NCBI GenBank assembly: GCA_043751595.1
Contig: JAYUZR010000030.1
Span: 1-48,929 of the forward strand
Length of the DNA: 48,929 nt
Source of the DNA: Candidatus Berkelbacteria bacterium
GTDB taxonomy: Bacteria > Patescibacteriota > UBA1384 > CAILIB01
Direction of reading: 5' to 3'
Shown here: positions 1-7,887 of the stretch, piece by piece
Numbering within the stretch: position 1 is the stretch's first letter
Layout of the letters: every line of letters starts with the position of its first letter
Notes under the pieces: model-generated
The model's input: only the letters and a program-made list of their open reading frames with translations
Database searches by the model: none
Told to the model about the DNA's origin: nothing
Translations under genes and position numbers: made by a program

Positions 1-2
1 CC

Positions 3-914
3 AACAAAGATGAACAAATAGTAGAATCTAGCGCAACTGAAGAAGTTAGCACTCCCAATTACAACCTCGGAGACGACGCATTTGATGAAAGGGGCATCGT
101 TGCTGATCTATGGAAAACACGACCAGAAGATGCGGCAACAATCCTTATTGAGGGATACAACAAAAGACACGCAAACGCTGTTGAAGCCTATAAGAATTGG
201 TATAACTCGCTTGATAAAGATGGAGAAGAATACCAACTTTTCAACGAAAGAATTAGCTCAAATCTACTAGAAGAATTACGTAGACCAGTTGCAGAAATAC
301 CAAATAAAAAAGTCCAGCTGGCCCTTATAGAAGAGCGCGCAACAGCAATGCGACTCATCATGCGAACCCTCGCCGGAAGTGGGTACAATTCTGCTCGCTA
401 TAGCTTCGATAGTAGCGATCTTCAAAGCGAGTACCCGTACAAGAGAGGTCCTGCAGAAGCAAAATCTAGAATTCCTGGAAAACTCAAATATGCCCGAGCA
501 GAGGAGCTACTTATGCAGTACTACAAAAATAGGATTAACGAGACCCTTGCCGTGGAGTTTTCTGATTCTGGTGATACCTCCAAAAACGCATCCGCAAACG
601 CAAAGTCACTTATGTTGGCGGCCACTAAAATCCATACAGCCAGCGAGGCGCTCATTATTGATGAAAGCAATCAGCAGTACCAGCCATTGGAGCAATACGG
701 CAGACTTACAAGCAATCCCGAAGCAGACTTTTATCCAAACGGGCTCAAGAAGCTTACAGAAGGCATGGTAAACGAAGTGCTTGAGGGGCTTTATGGAAGC
801 ACGAGCCGTCTACCACAAATTACTAACGGCTACCCAGATCACGAACAATTAGGAAAACAGGCCGCGTTCGATGAGCCGCATGAAAAAATGGCAGTGTACG
901 ACGGAGTTAACTAG
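3..914 (+). CDS. Hypothetical protein, 5'-truncated by the window edge
   Basis: The frame of ORF 348..914 stays open back to position 3 (NKDEQIVESSATEEV...). Acidic, no recognisable motif. Confidence 0.7.
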   Translation, partial: NKDEQIVESSATEEVSTPNYNLGDDAFDERGIVADLWKTRPEDAATILIEGYNKRHANAVEAYKNWYNSLDKDGEEYQLFNERISSNLLEELRRPVAEIPNKKVQLALIEERATAMRLIMRTLAGSGYNSARYSFDSSDLQSEYPYKRGPAEAKSRIPGKLKYARAEELLMQYYKNRINETLAVEFSDSGDTSKNASANAKSLMLAATKIHTASEALIIDESNQQYQPLEQYGRLTSNPEADFYPNGLKKLTEGMVNEVLEGLYGSTSRLPQITNGYPDHEQLGKQAAFDEPHEKMAVYDGVN

Positions 915-1492
915 AACAGACTCAGATTCATCGGAGCCTGCTCCTCCTCAAGTTCCTTAGGCAGCGAAAAATCTACCAATACCTCACGGACGCCGGCTAG
1001 ATCGCTGTACGAAAGCTTCCCGTGGTTTTTGCCGTGGTTATAAATATCGCGAGTAATCCGCACATCGTCCAAGCAATAGTCGCGTAGCTCCTCAATCTTC
1101 CCTTCACGGTACAGCTGAATTGCCTTTAAGCCATCCCCACTTTTACCTGTACCAAGGGTGGCGTGGGCCAGGTTATCCAGCTTTACCCTAAAGCCCAGGC
1201 GCTTGTGCACAATCTCAAGAATATCGAAGCTTTTTACCTTACCCATTTCTGGAAAATAGGCCGAGCACACGACATCATCGAATCCCTTATTATTAAAACC
1301 AACCACCATTTTGCACTGCTCGAGGCGGCGCCAAAAAGCGGGAAGCTCGTCTTCGGTAAAGCTGTAAAACTGCTTTTCGTTAGTGGAATACATCCCAATA
1401 AGCGAGATGTGCAGCTTACGCGCATCACGAGTTCCTACCTCCTGGAAGGTTTCTTGGGTCTCGATATCGTAAATGATGATGTCGTTTTCCAT
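911..1492 (-). CDS. YprB-like RNase H-fold / DEDD exonuclease domain protein
   Basis: Exo motifs I-III: YDIET, GFNNKGFD, YCLDDV; also KLDNLAHATLG..KSGDG. Confidence 0.8.
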   Translation of the reverse strand: MENDIIIYDIETQETFQEVGTRDARKLHISLIGMYSTNEKQFYSFTEDELPAFWRRLEQCKMVVGFNNKGFDDVVCSAYFPEMGKVKSFDILEIVHKRLGFRVKLDNLAHATLGTGKSGDGLKAIQLYREGKIEELRDYCLDDVRITRDIYNHGKNHGKLSYSDLAGVREVLVDFSLPKELEEEQAPMNLSLF

Positions 1493-1495
1493 CGA

Positions 1496-2083
1496 TTAGC
1501 GCGCAACAGCCATAAAACGAGCCTCAACCTTGGCCCAGTCTACGTTTTGTAAGAAAGCGGCAATGTAGGATTTGCGATCAGAGCCAAAATCGATGAAATA
1601 GGCGTGCTCGTACACATCGCAAGGAAGAAGGGGAGTTGCACCCCAGATTCCACCCTGGTTTTGAGCATCCGCCGCGAAGATATGTAACTTCTTGTCGCTA
1701 GAATCAAAGGCCAAGATTGCCCATCCACGAGCCGCCATAGCTGTAGCGGTAAACTCTTCAACAAAACGATCCCAGGTGCCCCATTCGGTAACAATTGCCT
1801 CCTGGATAGAGGTTCCAGCAGAATCGCCATTTCCGCCAAGGATAGAGAAGAAGACTTCGTGCAAGATCATACCGTTAGCAGCAAAGGTCTCACCTTCTTT
1901 AAGCCCACGCCAGACTGAATAAATCTGATTAGCCGTGCTTACATCGGTAGTGTGCAGCTGTGCCTCAATCTCGTTACGCTTGGTTACGTAACCTGCGTAC
2001 AGCTTTCCGTGGTGGATTTCGTTGGTTTTAGCAGAGATGCCAGTGAGCTCGCCGAAGGGTAGTGGTTCTTGAGTATGTGACAT
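1496..2083 (-). CDS. sod: Fe/Mn superoxide dismutase
   Basis: Metal-ligand motifs IHHGKLYAGYV, ILHEVFF and CDVYEHAY; GWAIL. Confidence 0.9.
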   Translation of the reverse strand: MSHTQEPLPFGELTGISAKTNEIHHGKLYAGYVTKRNEIEAQLHTTDVSTANQIYSVWRGLKEGETFAANGMILHEVFFSILGGNGDSAGTSIQEAIVTEWGTWDRFVEEFTATAMAARGWAILAFDSSDKKLHIFAADAQNQGGIWGATPLLPCDVYEHAYFIDFGSDRKSYIAAFLQNVDWAKVEARFMAVAR

Positions 2084-2480
2084 GAGAGGGGAATTAGAAC
2101 TCAGATTTGTACATGCATACTAGCAGGGAATTGAGATGAGGGGAGTCTCCCCCTTCAAAAAAGCTGATTTTTTAGCCTGTCGAGTTATAAGCTCGTTGGC
2201 GCAAAAAACGGGTAAAAACCGACAGGTTATAGCAGGAGATTATTAACTAGTTTTTTCCTGCGCATCCCGTCCCTAGCCCTTCATCTTGCACTATTCCCTG
2301 CACATCCCCTTTTCGACCCCCTTCTGAACCCCCTCTTTTTACCCCTACTTTTGAGAGGGGTGGAAAAAGGTTGCATTGCGAGGAGTTGAGCGCGCTATTA
2401 TCGCAACATTACCAGCCCAGCCTAAGACCACTCCCCCGGAATAGGTGAGGGAAGGGTTATTACGAAGCGATTCAGAGATT

Positions 2481-2518
2481 AAAACACCCCCTGCCCTGTT
2501 CGGACCTGGGGGTGTTTT
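2481..2518. terminator. Intrinsic terminator hairpin downstream of the dCMP deaminase gene (could act bidirectionally)
   Basis: AAAACACCCCC...GGGGGTGTTTT inverted repeat. Confidence 0.7.
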
Positions 2519-2525
2519 CTATTTC

Positions 2526-3023
2526 TCAACCAAGACGCCTATGGAGTATTTTTGATCTATCAAGGAGATAACGGGATCTCTCCTTAAGTTCCCCCAGATA
2601 AACAACTTCCACCACACCCGCCCCTATTAGCAGGTGCACACACTTGTCGCATGGCGGCCAGCAAACATAGACAGTAGAACCCTTAAGCGAAACACCTAGG
2701 GACGCGGCACTGGCAACAAGGTTTGCCTCTCCGTGGGTAGTTCTCTCGCACTTACCCTCGATAATCTCACAGCCTTCTTCAAGACAGTGAGGATGACCGG
2801 CTGGAGAGCCATTGTAGCCAGTAGCGATCAGGTGACGCTCTTTAACCGCAACTGCACCTACATGCCTCTTGAGACAAGTAGCGCGCAATGCCGCCAAGCA
2901 GGCCTCCATCATGAATGATTCGTCCCAAGTAGGCCGCTGCCCAACTTGATTCAAGTACTTCTTTTGCACTCCTACATACCACGGCAACCATGGGCGTACC
3001 GTATACGGTTCCACTTTTTCCAT
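2526..3023 (-). CDS. dCMP deaminase (ComEB/CDA zinc-dependent family)
   Basis: RPTWDESFM, ATCLKRHVGA, TGYNG, HGEAN and PCDKC motifs. Start placed at ATG 3023 behind an AGGGG element. Confidence 0.9.
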   Translation of the reverse strand: MEKVEPYTVRPWLPWYVGVQKKYLNQVGQRPTWDESFMMEACLAALRATCLKRHVGAVAVKERHLIATGYNGSPAGHPHCLEEGCEIIEGKCERTTHGEANLVASAASLGVSLKGSTVYVCWPPCDKCVHLLIGAGVVEVVYLGELKERSRYLLDRSKILHRRLG

Positions 3024-3124
3024 TCCAAACCCCCTATTTTTGCCTTCTAATCTAGCAGTAACCTTGCAAAAATCCACTGATCGTCGTATAATAGTCCTGT
3101 CACTAAAAGACAAACAAAAATTAC

Positions 3125-3472
3125 ATGTCCTCTACCCCTTCTTTTTCTTCGTTAAAACGTGTTTTCCTCAACTCCGGTTACGAAGTTCGCAATTTTACCC
3201 GTAATCGCCTCGAGGAACTCGCCCTTGATGCTCCTACAGAAGTAAAACGTCACCAGGATAGCAATATCATGGGACTGATTCTCCCCGACGAAATGATCAT
3301 TGGAATCGCCCGCGATCTTACTGACGAAGAAAAAGCGGTTACCCTCTTGCACGAATTACTCCACCTTTGGGATCCTGAGCTCGACGAAGAATCAGTTGAA
3401 GAACTTACGATTGAGCTCGAGCAACAGCTTTCCCCTGGTCAGTTTGGTTTCTTACAATTCCTAGCCAGCTAA
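3125..3472 (+). CDS. Small HExxH (zincin-like) protein
   Basis: TLLHELLH motif plus a downstream acidic helix; TATAAT at ~3087. Confidence 0.6.
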   Translation: MSSTPSFSSLKRVFLNSGYEVRNFTRNRLEELALDAPTEVKRHQDSNIMGLILPDEMIIGIARDLTDEEKAVTLLHELLHLWDPELDEESVEELTIELEQQLSPGQFGFLQFLAS

Positions 3473-3535
3473 GTACTCGCTTCCAAAAATAAAGCGGCGT
3501 ATAGTAGCGGGGCATTTACCCGATAATTTACCATC

Positions 3536-3907
3536 ATGGCTGATACAGAAGAAAAAGTGCACGCTGCAATCGATATCACAGACGCCACCTTTGAGGAAGA
3601 AATTATAAAGTTCCCTGGTGTGGTAGTACTCGATTTCTGGGCCACCTGGTGCGGACCTTGTCGTGTACAGGGGCCAATCATCGAGCAGCTCGCTGAAGAG
3701 CTTAAGGGTAATGAGATGGTCAAAGTTGCCAAGATCGATGTCGACGCAAACGAGCTCACCTCCAATGCATTCCAGATTCGCTCAATCCCAAGCCTTGTCT
3801 TCTTTGTAAACGGCGAGCCCGTTGGAGTTAAGCCAGGTGTTACTCAGCTTCCCGCTCTTAAGGAGTTTATTGAGAAGTTCTCGGCTCAGATTCCGGCGCA
3901 ACCGTAA
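3536..3907 (+). CDS. trxA: Thioredoxin
   Basis: DFWATWCGPC active site; IRSIP. Confidence 0.95.
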   Translation: MADTEEKVHAAIDITDATFEEEIIKFPGVVVLDFWATWCGPCRVQGPIIEQLAEELKGNEMVKVAKIDVDANELTSNAFQIRSIPSLVFFVNGEPVGVKPGVTQLPALKEFIEKFSAQIPAQP

Positions 3908-3933
3908 TTGAGGTTTCGGTTTTTGTTTGGTAT

Positions 3934-3960
3934 ACCAGGGGTATCTTACCCCTGGTTTTT
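3934..3960 (+). terminator. Intrinsic terminator after trxA
   Basis: ACCAGGGGTA-TCT-TACCCCTGGT followed by a T run. Confidence 0.65.
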
Positions 3961-3968
3961 ATATTCCC

Positions 3969-5243
3969 ATGCACCGTGGCCTAAGCGAGGTTATCAATGC
4001 TCGTGTGTTATACATCGATATGAACTCCTTCTTTGCCAGTGTAGAGCAAGAGTTTAATCCTGCTCTCCGCAGCAAACCAGTTGCCGTGTGCTCGCATACC
4101 ACCAATAAAGGCACCGTTTTAGCGGCTTCCTACGAGGCAAAGGCATTGGGGATAAAAACAGGCATGAAGGTCGGCGATGCTCGCGGAATCTTCCCTAAGC
4201 TGCACGTCTGCGAGCCAACCGCCAACCGGTATAAGCAGGTCCATATCCAAATCATGAATCTTCTCCGGCAGCACTGCGGGCCAGAGGTACAGGTGCGTAG
4301 TATCGATGAAGCCGCTGTCTTTCTCTCCAAGAACTGGCAAGATCCAGCATTTGCACACGCCATGGCGCTACGCCTTAAAGAAGCCATCGCGCGCGAGGTA
4401 GGCAGCTGCATCACCTGCTCCATCGGCATTGCCCCCAATAGCCTCCTCGCGAAGCTCGCCACTGATCTTAAAAAGCCCAACGGCCTGGTGACCATTACCA
4501 AAGAAAATCTGCGCGAAGTACTTGGTAGTATTCAGCTCACCGATCTCCCCGGCATTGCCGGCCGTAATGCTCTGCGATTGGCCGCTAAAAACATCTACAC
4601 CCCGCTCCAGCTGGCAGATACTCCTTTCGCCGAGCTAGTAGCCCTCTTTGGTATCTGGGGCGCTTCTTGGTGGTGGCGCCTGCATGGGTACGAGCCCGAT
4701 GCCTACTGGAATAGCAGCCCCATGAAAACAATGAGTCACGAGCACGTACTCGAAAAGTGGCTCCGTGGGCACGATGCCGTGGTACCAAGCGTGCGCACCA
4801 TGGCTGATCGCCTCGTACATCGGTTACGCAAAAACCAGTTTAACTGTACTGGCGTAGGTATTTCGTTGCGCCTGGTAGATCTCCCCGCCATTTGGCGGGA
4901 GCGCAAGTTTGATGCACCAGTAGCCGATTACCCAACCCTGGTTTCCACCCTCATTCAGCTCACTAATTCTATCCCTCTTCAGGATGATACCGTAGTGCGC
5001 AAAATAAGTGTGCATTGCTGGGGATTACATCAAGCAAGTAGCGGCGTGCAGCTCGATCTTTTTCAAACCGTGGCCCCCAAAGAACAGATTAGCGCCAGTG
5101 TTGAGAAAATTAGAAGTCGCTACGGCTTTGCCAGTATCCAGCCAGCAAGTAACTTGCTCCGAAAAAGAATTGGCGACGAGCAACTTGGCTTTGGCCGCAT
5201 TAAAGATAGGGCCGAAGCCTCGGCATTGTCGGCACGGGCGTAA
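3969..5243 (+). CDS. dinB: Y-family DNA polymerase IV
   Basis: YIDMNSFFASVE, AASYEAK, SIDEA and LAKLATDLKKPNG motifs. Start moved to ATG 3969, after the terminator. Confidence 0.92.
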   Translation: MHRGLSEVINARVLYIDMNSFFASVEQEFNPALRSKPVAVCSHTTNKGTVLAASYEAKALGIKTGMKVGDARGIFPKLHVCEPTANRYKQVHIQIMNLLRQHCGPEVQVRSIDEAAVFLSKNWQDPAFAHAMALRLKEAIAREVGSCITCSIGIAPNSLLAKLATDLKKPNGLVTITKENLREVLGSIQLTDLPGIAGRNALRLAAKNIYTPLQLADTPFAELVALFGIWGASWWWRLHGYEPDAYWNSSPMKTMSHEHVLEKWLRGHDAVVPSVRTMADRLVHRLRKNQFNCTGVGISLRLVDLPAIWRERKFDAPVADYPTLVSTLIQLTNSIPLQDDTVVRKISVHCWGLHQASSGVQLDLFQTVAPKEQISASVEKIRSRYGFASIQPASNLLRKRIGDEQLGFGRIKDRAEASALSARA

Positions 5244-5268
5244 CCTGGTACATTCGGGCACGTATGCG

Positions 5269-5487
5269 AATTCGGATGCGCCCGTTGCTTCGCAACGTGC
5301 TCGTCTCCTCGCTCGCAAGCGTTTCCTCGAGATATCCTGCCTTCGGCAGGATATAACTCTCCTCGCTCGCTCACAACAAAACAAGTAAACTTGTTTCTAC
5401 AATTCGGAGGCGCCCGTTGCTTCGCAACGTGCTCGTCTCCTCGCTCGCAAGTTAGTCATGCCTACGGCATACTAACGTTGCTCACTC
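5269..5487 (+). repeat. Array of three hairpin units upstream of tRNA-Ser, including a 51-bp direct repeat (5269-5319 / 5401-5451, 1 mismatch)
   Basis: Units start at 5274, 5329 and 5406; each ends in TCTCC-TCGCTCG. Confidence 0.85.
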
Positions 5488-5575
5488 GGAGAGATCGCAT
5501 AGTGGTCTAGTGCAGCATCTTGGAAAGGTGCCGTACCGAAAGGTACCGAGGGTCCGAATCCCTCTCTCTCCGCCA
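5488..5575 (+). tRNA. tRNA-Ser(GGA)
   Basis: GGAGAGA/TCTCTCC acceptor stem, GCATC-TTGGAAA-GGTGC anticodon arm, long variable arm GTACC-GAAA-GGTAC, discriminator G, encoded CCA. Confidence 0.95.
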
Positions 5576-5611
5576 AGATAAAGGACACCCCCTGGGGGTG
5601 TCCTTTATCTT
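5575..5611 (+). terminator. Perfect 18-bp inverted repeat directly after tRNA-Ser
   Basis: AAGATAAAGGACACCCCC-T-GGGGGTGTCCTTTATCTT. Confidence 0.7.
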
Positions 5612-5647
5612 TGATGGGGATGGATGGGAAAGGACTCCTGCGAAGCT

Positions 5648-5720
5648 AGGGTTCGCCTGCTCAATTCCCTTTGAACGAAGTGAAGAGCAGTGCAGAGCGA
5701 AGCGAATGCAATCCCTCTCC
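5648..5720 (+). repeat. tRNA-downstream element, copy 1
   Basis: 5648-5690 is 35/43 identical to the reverse complement of 48248-48290. Ends with AATCCCTCTC, a copy of the tRNA-Ser 3' T-stem. Confidence 0.8.
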
Positions 5721-6302
5721 CTAATCCGGATGACTCGCCCGAAACTCCTCAATAATCTTTTGATTCTTCTCAAAATCTTCTCGCTGCTTTTGCTGGACTG
5801 CCTTCGTGCGCTCAGAGCTACTCATTCTATCGTATGGATCGGCAATGTGATGAAGAATATCCTGCCTGCAAAGTAACATCACCAAACAGAGCGCAATCCA
5901 GGCGGAAACATTCATAATGCTTTTCGTAGTCTTTGTCAGAACCGGCTTCACACTGATACCGATACGAATAAAAGACCAGCGATCAATTACATCGTCTGCA
6001 TGAGGGTCATCAGCCGAATCAGTAGTCCAGATGGCTATCAAGATAAACACCAGGTAATACAGCGTGCGATACGAAGGGATTTCGTGATAGAGCCGGTAAA
6101 GAACAGCCAGATATCCAACCACTAAAAGTAGTAGTCCCACCCTCCAGAGCCACTTAAACCGCTGCTTATCAGCAATTTCTAGTTCACGAGCAGCAACCAC
6201 TTCATCGTAGGTTTCCACGCCATCATCAGGACCGCTTGCGGCAGTTAATACTGCTGGAATCCCGGCATCAGTTGCTTTAATTTCGTGTTCGTCTTGCATC
6301 AT
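5721..6302 (-). CDS. Hypothetical membrane protein (~3 TM), last gene of the kinase-dcd-dcd-CYTH operon
   Basis: Hydrophobic segments; ATGA overlap with the CYTH gene. Confidence 0.7.
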   Translation of the reverse strand: MMQDEHEIKATDAGIPAVLTAASGPDDGVETYDEVVAARELEIADKQRFKWLWRVGLLLLVVGYLAVLYRLYHEIPSYRTLYYLVFILIAIWTTDSADDPHADDVIDRWSFIRIGISVKPVLTKTTKSIMNVSAWIALCLVMLLCRQDILHHIADPYDRMSSSERTKAVQQKQREDFEKNQKIIEEFRASHPD

Positions 6303-6847
6303 TGTCCAGATTCTCTCTTGATTCGCATCAGCGTATCATACCCATTCGTTTCTTGATCTTCCTTAGAAATGCCAAACTCTTCAAGAAAAATAAAGAGCTC
6401 TTCTTGCACCTTCTCTGCCTCACCGCCATCTTCGAGTAGGCGTTCGGCCTCAATAAACCAACCCAAGCCCTCAACCTCATCAAGACAAAGTTCAATATCA
6501 TCCACTTTCGCTTTTTGGCGCTTCTTTTTTACCTCGATAAAAGGCTGATACCCCATCAGTACCAGCATGCCATGCATTTCTTTGGGATGAGTAATCGGGG
6601 TTTCGTGCTCGATGCTATGCAGCTCATTTGAACCATTTTTCTTTAGAGTAAGAACTGCTCGACCAGTCTGCTCGCGGATTCTCATAATAATTCGATCAAG
6701 ATCGTTTTTTACCTGCTCCCAAGGCCCTGCAATGTAGATAGTATCGCACTGAAGACTGGGGTCATTAAGATGGATACCCTTGGTAACCAGAATATTCTTT
6801 AGTGTAACCACATCTTGTACACGGGCCTTTACTTCAATTTCATGCAT
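6299..6847 (-). CDS. CYTH / class IV adenylate cyclase-like triphosphate tunnel enzyme
   Basis: EIEVK (ExExK), RIRE, LTLK, EHE, KKRQK, LDEVEGLGWFIEAE and GY motifs. Confidence 0.9.
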   Translation of the reverse strand: MHEIEVKARVQDVVTLKNILVTKGIHLNDPSLQCDTIYIAGPWEQVKNDLDRIIMRIREQTGRAVLTLKKNGSNELHSIEHETPITHPKEMHGMLVLMGYQPFIEVKKKRQKAKVDDIELCLDEVEGLGWFIEAERLLEDGGEAEKVQEELFIFLEEFGISKEDQETNGYDTLMRIKRESGQ

Positions 6848-6856
6848 GGCGTTACT

Positions 6857-7390
6857 CTAACTTTTTTCCGCAAAAAACGCATCCTGCCAACTTTTAGAAG
6901 CCACAGGACCCGAACTTCCCTGATACTTTCCACTGTATAACATTGGGCGCCCATCCACACACCAAAAGGTAATCTGGGCAATTGGCATGCCAGCATAAAT
7001 ACGCATTGGCTGTACCGCGTGTAACTGCAGTGTCCAGTTGCCAAAGGCACCCTGATCAACGAGATCGGCCGTAATCACAATGAAGAGACCAAGCCGTGCC
7101 ACCGAAGATCGACCCTTAATAATCGGCACATAATGATTGCTCCCGATTCGCTCAGCAATCGAACCCAAGTAAAGCTGATCAGGCTGGATAAGAAGGCCCT
7201 CGGACGGGATTTCCTCCTCATACGTCGGGTTAGGGTAAGCGGAATCAAGAACTTTTTCCTTGTAACGTGTAATCGTTGGACCCAAATGCACGTTGTACGA
7301 ATTAGGGTTAATGTTTTGCTCCTCAAAGGGCGAAAGTTCGATTCTTCCCAAACTCACCTGTCGGGCGATTTCGGGTCCCGTTAAAATCAT
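6857..7390 (-). CDS. dcd: dCTP deaminase/dUTPase-fold protein, paralog B
   Basis: MILTGPEI, INPNSYN, GRSSVARLG, LVDQG, WTLQL, IAQITF, YSGKYQ. Confidence 0.85.
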   Translation of the reverse strand: MILTGPEIARQVSLGRIELSPFEEQNINPNSYNVHLGPTITRYKEKVLDSAYPNPTYEEEIPSEGLLIQPDQLYLGSIAERIGSNHYVPIIKGRSSVARLGLFIVITADLVDQGAFGNWTLQLHAVQPMRIYAGMPIAQITFWCVDGRPMLYSGKYQGSSGPVASKSWQDAFFAEKS

Positions 7391-7887
7391 AGTAATCTAC
7401 TCTGCATAACCGACATATCTCCCCGATACTTTCCCACGTAGCGATTGCGCGCGCCACGAACTCGCCAGAAACAAATCTGACCAATAGGCATGCCCGCATA
7501 CACCCTAAGCGGTTGCACCACCTTCATCTCCAGGGTCCAGCGGTGATAGGTTCCGGTGTGACCGAGATCGGCGGTAACCTGTAGCCACAGCCCTAACCGG
7601 CCAAGAGTAGAGCGGCCAATCAAGCTTGAGGCAAATCGCCGGCTTCCGAGCATTTCTTCGGTATGGCCCAGGTAGAGTTTTCCTGGCTGGAGTTCGATTC
7701 CTTCTTGCGGTATTTCCTGGAGATTACCTTCAACGCCAGGTAGTAGCTCTGGGTCAGAGAACGTCATCAACTGGCTCCCTAAATGGTAATTGTATGAGTT
7801 TGGATTCACACACGAGGGTTGGTACGGAGAAATAGCAATATCTCCCCTCTTCATTTGTCGGATAATTTCATGGCCGGTTAGCAACAT
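7387..7887 (-). CDS. dcd: dCTP deaminase-fold protein, paralog A
   Basis: MLLTGHEI, VNPNSYN, GRSTLGRLG, LGHTG, WTLEM, IGQICF, YVGKY. Confidence 0.85.
   Translation of the reverse strand: MLLTGHEIIRQMKRGDIAISPYQPSCVNPNSYNYHLGSQLMTFSDPELLPGVEGNLQEIPQEGIELQPGKLYLGHTEEMLGSRRFASSLIGRSTLGRLGLWLQVTADLGHTGTYHRWTLEMKVVQPLRVYAGMPIGQICFWRVRGARNRYVGKYRGDMSVMQSRLL

Noticed and set aside
82-388. Short ORFs 82..270 and 188..388
   Set aside because: Shadows of the long frame-3 CDS that is open from position 3.
2485-2514. Minus-strand CAGGTCCGAACAGGGCAG resembles SRP RNA helix 8
   Set aside because: No GNRA tetraloop or AGCA internal-loop strand and no long flanking helix; it fits a terminator better.
5008-5388. 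Arg/Cys-rich ORFs over the dinB end and repeat array, and ORF 48323..48625
   Set aside because: Translations of GC-rich palindromic repeats or antisense tRNA sequence.
5269-5487. CRISPR array interpretation of the repeats near the tRNAs
   Set aside because: Only 2-4 degenerate units with structured, unequal linkers, and no cas genes in the window.
5520-5876. ORFs 5520..5876 and 48116..48313 share the peptide GF(A/S)CSIPFE(R/Q)SE(E/K)Q
   Set aside because: They overlap a tRNA or terminator and lack credible starts. The similarity is explained by the shared DNA element, although three of the differences are synonymous, so a micropeptide is not strictly excluded.
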